A stretch of 64,000 bases of DNA, taken from positions 1,837,721 through 1,901,720 of the forward strand of contig CM120648.1 of assembly GCA_051362555.1 (NCBI GenBank), given 5' to 3'. The translations under genes were made by a program, and so were the position numbers. Source of the DNA: Lingula anatina. Taxonomy: Eukaryota; Animalia; Brachiopoda. Below the pieces are notes generated by a model. It made no database searches and was not told where the DNA came from. It was given only the letters and a program-made list of their open reading frames with translations. This document shows, in pieces, positions 25,106-36,630 of the stretch; position 1 is the first letter of the stretch, and each line of letters starts with the position of its first letter.

Positions 25106-25544
25106 TGAATACCTGTCAACCACATGTTACTGTCAATCCCTATTATAAACCATTACACACAACTTGATCGTGGACAAAATATGATTTGATCGATCGATCC
25201 TAGGTTGACAATAGTGTAAACTACAGACTTGACATTTAATATGGAATATTTTTTCCAAATCATTTTTCATCAGTTTTTTTCTATTTTGCTGACTGATAAA
25301 TGAAAATGAGGATTAAAATCGTGTTTTAATAACTTTTAATTATCTCTTTGATATCATTGTGACATCAGTTCATTAATGAAATTCGCCAGAGAAGCAAACA
25401 AAAACACATTGTCTGTTCTATGTCATACAACAACAATTAAAAGAGATAATTTGGATCTCCATATTTTCCAAATTATTTTTTGTAAAAGAGTTACACGACT
25501 CACAAAGAACCCCCATGTGTGTGTCTAGTCACAGTAACAGTCGC

Positions 25545-27594
25545 TATTACGCTTGACATCTTCTGTCTGCTACCAGCGCTCTCAAGTGGCAAGGCATTCC
25601 TTGGGTTAGGTTTTTAGAGTTCAATCTGGAATATCATTCTAGGCATCGGTCAAAATCTGTCCAATTTGGTCCAGTTTTGTAGTAGGACATGTATGCCATT
25701 GATTCGGCGAATAATGACCTACCCACATATTGTCTATGTGGTTCAAATATTGCGATTTTGATTACCAAGGTAGCTGCTCATTCCCTTGGTTCTGTAAGTA
25801 ATCTACTATTAAAAGTGCTCTGTGTGTACCGGCAATTTCACTGTGCAACCTAAAATTGTTCCTATGGTGCCCCCTATCAAATGATAGTCAAGTGGTTCCC
25901 AGATTATTCCTTTATTTGATCTGGTTCAGGTTTTCGTGGATGACCATCATTGGCGTTTTGGCACCAATGTGGTATCCATTCCTATTACTGTTAATGACCT
26001 TAGTCATTTTAGACGCGGCAACCGCTTAGTCGTTGGCCTCTTCTGGATGTCTGTAAACTCTGTTTTGTCTAGTTGAGCGGTACAGGTGAAATCTGACCTC
26101 AATAAAGCCCCCGTCACACTAGAGGCAGATTGAGCAAGAATGCCGTCGGTAAGACAATTCTTTGTGCGCTCCTGGTTATTCGTAGAGCATTCTAAAAATT
26201 CCGAGTGCATTCTAAATATTTTTACCCATTCTTGTGGCATCCCGAATGTTTTTGTCATATCAAAAACTTTCGAAGTGCATTCCACGTGGAAATTTATCGA
26301 ATGGCATTTGAACAGTATTCTAACTGCACTATGACTGCATTCTAAATATTCTCACGGCATTCCGACAGTATTCGAAACATTCTGATCACATTAGTGGAAT
26401 ATTCGAACTGACAAGCCCCCGTCAAACTTATTCGAAATCAGTAGGAATCAAGCCGCCGGAATTACTAAATTTAAAATTTCGTACCATATTCGGGAGGGAA
26501 TTTCAAATTATCATAAAATATTACGGCTTTGTAAGAATGCCTCTGGAATACTAAGAATGCACATCGAACCCTCCTGGAATGATTCTTGCACATTCCAGGT
26601 ATATTACCTCTCAAATGCAGCTCGAATGTAGTTGGAATACTGTTGGGATATTGCGATAAATTTCCTCTTGGAATGCACTTCGAAAGTTTTTGACATGACA
26701 AAAACATTCGAGCCGGCCACAAGAACTACACTAGTGCGCCGTTCAAAGTATATTCTAAATATTCTTACTGCCTTCTTACAGCATTATAAATATTTCTAGT
26801 TTTCCAACTACATTCGAACTGCTTTTGAGAGCTCATACAGTCGAAAGTGCACTAATCATTCCAAGCGCATTCTGAGTATTCCAACGGTACTCTTACAATA
26901 ATTAAGGTCAATTTGAAATTTTTCCCCGAATGTGGTGCGAATTTTAAAAATTCTTCGTTCAGGCTCATTCTTCTTCATTCCTGCTGATTCCGAATAAGTG
27001 TGACGGGGGTATAAAGAAAGTCACGAGGTTTCAGTGTTCAACTCAGAAACGGTCAAGGTCCCCAATTCATTAGAGAAACATACAATGATGTTTTGCTGTT
27101 TACAGTGGGTTCCCCTGAGGTCGTCTGGTATTCTAACCAGCTAAAACCAGTTTGGTGTTCGCTAAGGGCCTTGAAAAATGCGTTTTGGTGACAATTTACC
27201 CCTCATTCTGAACGGACTGGGGTTTTTTTTATTTAGTTGCAACAGCATATCCCGACAGACAGTGAGTCCTGTACCCTGGTGGTAAGATTTCAATACATGT
27301 ATGTAGGTACATCAGTCTGGACATTACTCTAAAAAACTGTGCCAGACTTTTCGTTTGGCACAATTATCTGTCTGGCAATGTCTGACTTTTTCGCGCCATT
27401 CTGCCACAGATTAACAAATTTGCAAAGCACTGCATAGCTCAATTTACACCTTGCAAAACCGACCACTTGCATGCAAAATTTCAAATTCTTCAATGCAGTT
27501 GTTGTCGACATATTGATACCTTTTTGACAGAACCGTGCTTTGCCAAAGCCAAGCTTTGACCTGCCCAAAAGAGCACTACCCAATTAAATCACTG
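25545..27594 (-). mobile_element. Decayed, near full-length Tc1/mariner element interrupted by a Harbinger-type insertion
   Basis: The minus strand starts TA-CAGTGAT at 27594. Translated fragments in order: LWQNGAKKSDIARQ (HTH), RRP..PL, F|IEVRFHLYRS..RVYRHPEE (FSDESRF region), HRALLIVDYLQNQGNEQLPW*SKSQYLNHIDNMW (WPxxSPDLNPIENLW), LDQIGQILTDA*NDIP. Many stops and frameshifts. Confidence 0.8.
26106..27011. mobile_element. Non-autonomous PIF/Harbinger-like element with internal inverted repeats
   Basis: TIRs CCCCCGTCACACT and AGTGTGACGGGGG with TAA at 26103-26105 and 27012-27014. A second left end lies at ~26413. Blocks ~26245-26285 and ~26670-26710 are inverted copies. Confidence 0.8.
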
Positions 27595-28785
27595 TATATT
27601 ACATAATGCAGCAGCGCAACAAAACTGGTATTCAGTTAATTGGAAGCGACACACCTGACTACACACTTCTCCATTCACACATCTTATATGAGATCGGAGT
27701 TTTTTTTAAAAGAATGCATACCTTCGAAACTGAAATATTCCATATTAAATGTCAAGTCTGTATCAAGATTCAGACGCTAGGGGTAGAGTTCTGAAACAAT
27801 TAAGGAAAAAAGAGGAAATTGTTTATGGCGAAGACAGGCCACAGACACTAGCTAAAGCCCCTCCTCCCCACACCTTGCTCCGCTATCACGAAAAAAAAAA
27901 AACGCCGCTGAATAAAAGCAGTGACGGTAAAATAAATTAATTTGCCAGAGGCAAAATGTGCTCTACAGATGTCCCATACCACGGATATTACCAGAAGCTA
28001 TTGAAAAATGCCTCTATGTGTACGCGGGCCAACAAAATAATATCAGTAACGATAAGCTGATTTGCCAAACTAAGAATAAACGAACCCCATTAAAATATAC
28101 CAAGATCTCAGAAATAAACAAATAAATAAATAAATATAAATTATAACAATTACAATACAAATAAGATACACATCAAAACAATGAAAAACAAACAACAATT
28201 TCAATACTAACTGCTCATTGCTAAACATTACCGCTTTATACTAAGCTAGGAATACATACAACATACCTCGTCACACCTTGACTTGAACCAAGCTCTCTGT
28301 CTCACTGCAAAGCCGGGGACACTTTGGTATATGGATAGTCTACTCCGTCAAAGCAATTTCATTAACTAAAGCCATTGCCTGACAATCAATCAAATATAAT
28401 AAGCAGGTGCAGAAGACTCCGTCTTCATACACGATATCGCTAATGACACCCACTGTTTTGATCAAGTAACCGCGAGAAGTTCATTTGGTTTTCTTTTACG
28501 CAAACATCTAATCTGAGAAAGAATTCAGGGCGGTCACGATTAAGTCATATTTACAGTTCGCTCCGGGTACATTTATTTGGCTAAATCAAAATCAAAATGA
28601 AAACAAAATAAAATCGAATCAAATGACACTGAAATGTCCATGTACGGTTGAGTCCTTTAAAACACAGAAAGAAAATATTATAAAAATGTTTTCGCTTACG
28701 GTCTTACCTGTACAAAAAAATAAGGGGGGGGGGGAGAGGCCCTAGAAACCCCGTGTGGTGTTCATAGGCACGCATAGTGTCTGCC

Positions 28786-29028
28786 ACTGCGAAAAATTGT
28801 CTCTTTTTAACGTTTGCTTACGGCTCTAAATTCCTTCTAGAACATTTGGTGTATTTTGTTTTTACAGTTCTAATGTTGTTCTGTAATGAACGTAGGAGTT
28901 CAAGAATTGTCTTTGGGAAGTCCTTCAGAATTGCCTAGAACAGTTTTCATTAAAAGAGAAAAACATTAAGTTCTAGGACAGGTTGAGAACCGCAAATTAG
29001 CGTTAAATGAGACAAATTTTCACAGGGG
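28786..29028. mobile_element. MITE-like element with imperfect TIRs
   Basis: CTGCGAAAAATTGTCTC...CTAGAAC mirrored by GTTCTAG...GAGACAAATTTTCACAG. Confidence 0.55.
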
Positions 29029-29144
29029 TATTTCTGCCATGCGTTGAAAACCATCAATGTTTCTGACACCAGCACAATACTGGAGCCATGAGGATTTCAC
29101 TCATGAAGTCAGATTCCATATGTAACACCAAGGCGGTCGAATTA

Positions 29145-29391
29145 GACTTGGTTCCCATGCCTTGATCGATCCATCTGGGTCGGTCTAACTCCCTGGAGAG
29201 TCTCACTATATTGCTATTAACGTGACCGGCTAAAATGTCTGTCACGCCTACCGAATTAGCTAGGGAGTAAAGATAATTACCCCTAACAGCTTTACTAGGC
29301 GTGACAGACATTTACGCCGGTTAAGTTGATAGCAATTTAGTGAGACTTCCCAGGGAGATAGATCGCTCTAAATGTCTGTGGGAATGGTCCC
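29145..29391 (+). mobile_element. MITE family A, copy 2 (variant subfamily)
   Basis: TTA flanks, TTCCCA/TGGGAA TIRs, and the shared core TAATTACCCCTAACAGCTTTACTAGGCGTGACAGACATT. Confidence 0.75.
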
Positions 29392-29876
29392 TTAGAGTCC
29401 TATATATATATACTACAGGGAATTTTCATAAGGATTATCTACATCACGAGCATGACGCAATAACAAGAAAGCCAGAATCTTCATAACCGCTATCACGACG
29501 AAGTGTTCATATTACGATGTGGGTGTGACCTACATGTTAACCGTGTCTCAGAAAGTCAGTCAGGATCTGTCCAATTATACACTGCCATGTTTAGAACATT
29601 GTACTGACAGTTGGAATTAAAATTTTATATAGTATCTTATCATGTGCACATTCTATTGATGTTTCAAGAATGGTATATATAGACAAAATGTTATTACTCT
29701 GTGATAGCCCTCCGTGCCAAAAGTGTATCTTGTAAAGACGACCTTTTGGTAATTATTTTCGAAATTTTCAATAATCAACGTCTGTGGATACCTGTCTGAT
29801 GTTTTTGTGGTTACGTATCTGATGTTTTGAGGATGAATGAAGGAATTCGACATCTTTGCACATATATTGTATGGTA

Positions 29877-30035
29877 TATGTCTGTCACGCTTACCGAATC
29901 AGCTAGGGGGTAAAGATAATTATCCCATAACAGCTTTACTAGGCGTGATAGACATTGAAGCGGGTTAAGTTGATAGCAATTTAGTGAGACTCCCCAGGAA
30001 GATAGATCGATCCAAATATCTGTGGGAATGATCCC
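29877..30035 (+). mobile_element. MITE family A, copy 3 (5'-truncated)
   Basis: Very similar to ~29234-29391 and followed by TAA. Confidence 0.75.
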
Positions 30036-30862
30036 TAAGGCTTTGCTTGACTTCACGTAACATAGACAGGGATGCGCGCTGCCCAACACCTAGGTGTGAA
30101 ATCGCCCTAATGACAAAATGAAAGGGCACCGGTCTGTCTGGCAAGGAGCGCGTTCCCGTTGATCACGTCAAATCCCATAGTGCCCAGTATAATAATTTTG
30201 TAACAGACTGCTAGCGCATTGGTGGTCGGTGTACCAAAATCCACAGGCAGGTTAAACCTGTTGCCCTTTCAGGCACGTAGCCAGCGATTTCAAAGGGGGG
30301 GATGGACCTTTTATCACAAAAACTTTGCGTATATATACCAATAAAAACCTTTGTGTACCTAGATCTAGTTTTTTCCCCCAAGTTTATTGATAATTATTTT
30401 TCTCAACGGGATTGTGCAAGATTTTTCTTGGTAAATATTTTCAGGAAAATGTCGCAATTTCCGTGAAAACGTGTTGCTACTAGTATATAAACGTATAGGT
30501 CTGTACACGTATGTTATGGCTTTAATTTTAACGTGTAAAATGTGAAAAACGCGATCGTGCGTGTTCGGGCATATGTAACAGCTACATGCAATTTGGGTTA
30601 CATAAAAATCGATTGGAATATCTAGTCACCTTATTAATTGAGGCGCTAATTGACAGAAGATGCGCTGTCAAGTATGTTACATAAAGCCGGCGATTATTAA
30701 AGGTCTTAAAATAGATCAACTTCATGTCAAAGAAAGCTGCCATGGGCATATAATGTACACTTACGGACATAAGATCAAGTACGGAAATAAAGCCCGGCGC
30801 CGGGTAATCCTTAATGCGTTTCTTCACAACATACTACAGTATTATAGCTAAAATCTAAAAGC

Positions 30863-31709
30863 CTACCCTCTACCAGGGCGGCAGATATTAAAAGCACATA
30901 TTCCTCATTTCTCAGAGAACAGAATGACCGTCTATTTATACCCTCTTCCAGGTCCTCAGATTGATTTTTCACAAGATATTCACAGATATGTCTTTAGATA
31001 AACAGGCGCTCATTTTATATCTCTGGCTTTTGGTAATTTTCCCTGTAATATCTGCCCCCCTGGTAGAGGGTAGCCTATTTGTCTTGAGACATATCTGGGA
31101 CTATCTAGTGAAAAATCAATCTGTGCCCCTGGTGGAGGGTAACAGAACCCCATTATTAAAAGTAGGCATATCCCTAACTTCTCACTGAGCTACCACTCAG
31201 CGTATGGAAATGTAAGATGGAGATCGAGAGTGGGGGGGGGGGGGGGGTGTATTTAAGACCTGGTTCTATATCATTACCCGCACGAAAACGAAGTAGATAC
31301 TCCAGCGCAGTAGACTACTGCAATCATACTGCAAACATGCTTCAAATCTGCTTCGATGTGGGAGCTAATTAGCATATTTGAAACATGCTTCTATCATGCT
31401 GCTAATCTACTGCATTAATGCTCCTCCTCTGTACAACCCTATGTAATTTTTGAAGTAGAATTGAAGTAGACTCTACTGCATTTCTACTGCAAATATGCTC
31501 CACACCACTACTGCGTTAATGCTTCTTTACTACTTCGATACTACTGCATTTTCGTGCGGGTACCCTCTACCAATGCCACAGACTGCTTTTTCAATAGATA
31601 TTCACAGACACATCTCCCTGGTTAAGTCATGACACATTTCTCCACAGTTTTCCACTCGTTAGGGACAAAGAGAACAGAATTAAACTGTGGCCCTGGTATA
31701 TAGAGGGTA
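30863..31709. mobile_element. Cluster of small TA-flanked MITEs
   Basis: TACCCTCTACCAGGG...CCCTGGTAGAGGGTA at ~30863-31073, an extra right end at ~31120-31142, TACCCGCACGAAAA...TTTTCGTGCGGGTA at 31275-31562, and a second TACCCTCTAC...TAGAGGGTA copy at ~31561-31709. Confidence 0.7.
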
Positions 31710-32549
31710 ATGTATCATACGATAACGCTGTAAATTGTGAAAGATAACTCCGAGCACCACATACGCCGCTGTATGCGTTGCGTTCTCCCATGGGAGGTGA
31801 AATCGTTTCAGAATTGACTACATCCATAAAAAGGTGATATATATTGTATAGCCTGCCTATCACGTCTATCGTATCGGATATCAGGATGTAAGCCCAACAT
31901 TTGTCTTTTAAATCTTTATTGGATGCTTTCGGGTCTGAAATGGAAACCCTGTAAATCGCAATTAATTAGAAATATGATATCCTACGCATAATCCTTTGTT
32001 TCAGTATAGGTGCTTCGTGTCTTATAAATAATTCACTCTGTTGTAATGTTGTATTTTGTAAGTACTGTACAGGTATATTACACTCTACGAACTCGTATTG
32101 GTACGAGGTTCTCTACCTGTTTTCTACAAGTTTTCTTCATTTTTTCGGGATACTAGACCATGGTTCATAAGTTCAGAATAGAGTGTTGCGACATTGTGGC
32201 GATTTTACATAAAAATGTTTAAAATGTTTAAATAAAAACTGAACTTCAGTTTCAGATGAATTAATCAGTACCTTTATAATGTTGGTGTTTAGTATTCATG
32301 TAGTGAGTAAAGTGCGTGGAGTGCTCTGTAGAATTGATTGGCACGTTTTCTTAATGTGCCATACTTAAACAGCGGCATGTACAACATTAAACAGAGAGGA
32401 CGCCGCAAGAGATTGAATGGGATCGAGAAAGAAATTTGAAAAATGGAGAGAAGGAAACTGAAAAGTAGTGAATAGAGAATATAAAACAAGGCAGCAAAGC
32501 TGTCAAATGTACAGACAAAAAACAGAAAATAAAGATGCAAAATAGGTCA

Positions 32550-34378
32550 TTTTGTCAATTTTGATGCAATAATAAATAATGCTTATAATAGCACTGTCAG
32601 TCAACACTGAATTTTAATCATGCACAACAGGTAACATGGTCAATAACAGGAGCAGACCCTGAGATATTTTCTGACAGTATTCCAAAGTATCTATGTTGAT
32701 CCATCCTCCACTTTGATGGTCTTCCAACAGAAAAAAAATAGATACAAGTCAATATAAACTTAATAACCTGACTGTCTTACGGAAGACCTAGAAGATGGTC
32801 TCAATCCACCCCTTCAATAAGATTACAGTTTCAGGACCATGAGAGACCAAAGTCGCACGATGAAAGTCTCAATATTTGAAAAATGATGACAGTGTATAAA
32901 ATAATATAACATAACAAATGGAAATACAGAAAATGTGCAGAGCCTGCATAATTTACCTCCATAATTATCACTGCTTCCTTATTATTAATCTAGCAGAGAG
33001 CTTAACCTTTGGGAGTTTACAGGGAGATATCAACAAGTGTGCTTTATGTAATCTCATTTAATGGCCTATTAATAATCAATTAGGCAAATGAATTTATAAC
33101 TCAGAACTAAGCTAAGTGATACCCAAGGGAAATTTACAGACTGACCCTCTCAAAGGTCTTTCAGGCCCATAAGTCACATCTTAAGAAAAGCACAAAACAA
33201 TAATGCACAAAATAGGAGACTACCAATTCTGATGCAATAATACATTATGTTTAACTGCACAGTCAACATCAAATTTTAATTATGCACAACAGGTAACACC
33301 GACTAAAGTAAGAGCATAAGGCTTCAGGCCCATCAGAGTTCAAGTTTATACTTAGAAAGTGCCAGAATGAGAAAAATGAAAATTTCACACAAAATTGCAT
33401 AAATTCAATAATAAATGATAACCCAATTGACCTGGCTTTCTAATTTGAACTGCATGCCAATCCTTAAAATCATACTTGGAAGTTAAAAATAATAATAAGT
33501 AACACAGTTTTCTTTTCATAATGTTTGCAGTAGCAGTGCAAAAAGATTGTTGTCAATTTTGATGTAACATTACATAATAAATTGTAGAATAATTATCAAC
33601 AATTTTTGATTATTGACTATAAATAGCATGGACATGTAGAAAATTTGATTTCCATTCGCCTTCATGTCCATGGGAGCTCCAAGTCCCACAATGAATATGC
33701 CAAAAAGATAATGAATATTTCACTCAAATGTATAACTTCCAGAAAAAGAAGCCAATTAGACTGCTTTTCCAACTCAGGCTGCATTTTAGTCCAGTGTTTC
33801 TTTTTTAAAGGTTTGACAGTCATAAGTAACACAGTTTTCTCATAATGGTCATCATGGCAGCGGCACCAAAAATTGTGTTTTCTTCTATTTTGATGCAACA
33901 TTACATAATGCTTAACAGCATAATGACCATCAATTTTTTAATAATAGAATATTAGTGACATGGACATTCAGAAAACGTGACAAGCAAAGGTCTTCAGGAT
34001 CATGGAACTTCAAAGTCACACCTTGAAAATGCCAATAAGTGAAAAATAAAATTTTCACAAAAAACTGTTTAATTGCCAGAAAAAAATTACCAAACAGACT
34101 GCATTGCCTACTGAAGCTGTAATTTAGACCCATATTTCTTTCCTGTAAGTTTGAGAACAGTAAGTGACATGATTTTCCTTAAATGGTCATCCTGGGAGCA
34201 GTGCCCAAAATAGGGGTTTCTTCAAATTTTGATGCAACATTACATAATGTTTAACAGCATTATGACCATCAATTTTTAATAATAGAATATTAGTAACATG
34301 GACATTCAGAAAATGTGACTAGCAAAGGTCTGCAGGCTCATGGAACTTCAAAGTCACATCTTAAAAATGCCAAAATGT
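32550..34378. repeat. Degenerate ~335-bp tandem satellite, about 5.5 periods
   Basis: A TTTGATGCAACATTACATAATG-like anchor recurs at ~32560, 33229, 33558, 33890 and 34229. The last two units are nearly identical over ~150 bp. Confidence 0.7.
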
Positions 34379-35313
34379 AAACAAGACAGCACTGTTCTGA
34401 AATGGGTTTATTTCCATTTTAACACTTTTTTAACATAAAACAAAATAAACAGTTTACTGCCATTTTTATATGACCAACTAAGAAAATTGATGAGTTGGGA
34501 AAAATATCAATAGAGCAGTGTTAAATGTCCAATTTCCTCCATTCTGAGATTCTGAACATAATGGATGATTGAATCTAACAAACTGCAATGATATGAGTTT
34601 ATTTCCATTTTTGACACTTTATTACACATTACACGATATCAAGTTTACCATCATTTTTACATAATCAACTAACAATGTTGTAAAGATGCAGGAAATATCA
34701 AACTAACACTTTTACGTATCTTATTAGTTAAATAATGAGACTGTTAACATGCTTAAGAATTGAATCTGAGGAAATGTGAAAAAACAGCATAACTTCTAAA
34801 ATAATGGCCCGTTTATGCTGATTTTCGAACTCAACCTGCGTTTTAGTAAGATTGACCACTCCTGTAAGTATAATGACAATTGGCCTATCTGTTTTTCTTA
34901 TATTGTGTTATCAGCGTTGCATATATGTTGAAAACAGTGAAAAAATAGCATAACTCCCCTAAAAATGGCCCGATCATGCTGATTTTCGAACTTGACCTGC
35001 GGATTATGAATATTCATCAGTTTTATAAGTTTCAAGCCAAAAAGTAAAATGGTTTTCCTCTTATCGTGTTATCGGTGCTGAATATATGCTGAAAAAAGTG
35101 AAAAAACAGCATAACTTCCCTACAAGTCACCCGATCATGCTGATTTTCGAACTTGACCTGCGTATTATGAATATTCATCAATTCTGTAAGTTTCAAGCTG
35201 AAATAAAAAACAGTTTTCCACTTATCGTGTTATCGGTTAAAGTGCACGACGGCGACGACGACAGACGCAGATGATGGCTATATGTACAGACACATCTGTG
35301 TCTGTACATAAAA
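34379..35313 (+). mobile_element. Helentron-associated (HINE/pearl-like) non-autonomous element with ~160-170-bp internal tandem repeats
   Basis: ATGCTGATTTTCGAACTyrACCTGCG occurs three times (~34815, 34976, 35137). It is followed by a GAC-rich tract, a terminal hairpin TATGTACAGACACA-TC-TGTGTCTGTACATA (35281-35310) and an A-run. The 5' boundary is approximate; a remnant of the same end lies at ~40735-40765. Confidence 0.6.
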
Positions 35314-35948
35314 ATAAATAAATAAAACGAAAGGGTTTTGTGGTTTCTACCTCGCGTAGCAACAAAAGTAGAAGTCAATACCATCGTCACAAATAGTATT
35401 TCATTTCAATAATTCATAATAATAGATCGGCCAGTGCTTGTTTCCCACTATGTAAACAGGATCATTAAAGCTTTTAATTTTTTAACATACTATAATAACA
35501 TATTGATTCCGAATACATTTACGATTTTATTGCAATATATCCCAGGCAACAGCAAAGTTAACGCATTTTAACGTTTCAATTTCTAAATCAAAATGGAATA
35601 GTGTAGCTTCTGAATTTCTCCGTCACTTATGCTCATTTTTTGTTTATTTGTGTCGGCATTATATAATGACTGCAGCTGTGAACTCCTCATTTGCTCTATT
35701 ATACCATCCACAAATTGTTGGACAGTGATTCAACGAAGCGTTACTCGGGCGTAGTTAAGACGGTCACGCTGTCTTGGTGCATCGGGCGTAAACAGGGAGG
35801 GTAAACCTGGCGCACGGACGTCAGGCGTTGCGGTTTACGATAGTCGCATCCGAGCAAATTTACGCCCCGTTGGTGCAACCTGGCCCTGCTGAGCACACAA
35901 GGTTTAATTTCCGCAAGAAAGAAAAACAAGCCCAGTATGTGATTTTCT

Positions 35949-36351
35949 GATCCGCGGATCAAATATGGCGGACACTACATGTACATGAAAGAAAAGCTGA
36001 CTAATCCGCTGATGGTCTCTCCGCCTCCACAAGCGCCACTAAACGGGTTAAATCACGTCTCCGAGGATTAATTGCTAGACCCCTGCAGGGACGGCGCGTG
36101 TGGAGGCGGCAAGCATTTTAGACCCCATTCCCAGAGATTAGATCGACCTTACTCCCTGGGGGTTCACGCTAAATAGCGGTCAGCCGAGCGGGCACGAAAG
36201 TTAATTACCCCCTTACAGTTTGTAGTAGGCGGGACGGACATTTAAGCCGGATTATCTGACAGTAATCTAGTGAGACTCCCCACGGGGATAGATCGATCTA
36301 AAATCTATGGGAATGAGCCCTTAGAGGGTCGTCATATTGGATCCGCCGATC
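35949..36351. mobile_element. MITE family B (GGATCAAATATGG TIR) carrying a nested family A copy
   Basis: GATCCGCGGATCAAATATGGCGGAC at 35949 is inverted to GTCGTCATATTGGATCCGCCGATC at ~36328-36351. Confidence 0.55.
36121..36320 (+). mobile_element. MITE family A, copy 4
   Basis: TTA at 36118-36120 and 36321-36323, with TIRs and core as in the other copies. Confidence 0.8.
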
Positions 36352-36630
36352 TGTTTGTCCGCTGGTCTGAATGCGCTCTAATTATTATACACATGACAAT
36401 ACGGTACACGAAAAACAAAACCCCTCCATATATCCAATCTACTCCGCAATATCTGGCACATGTATCTACATGTGTACACGTCTAACAGTGAGTCTCACGA
36501 GGTCAGAAAGTCTCAATCAAAAGGCAGTAAGTTTACTTATCACACCGACTGTGCTCCAAACCTTAAACAACTGGTATCAGTAACATGTACGTAAGTAAAG
36601 TTAATTTATCCAGTGGACTCCACACTATCC

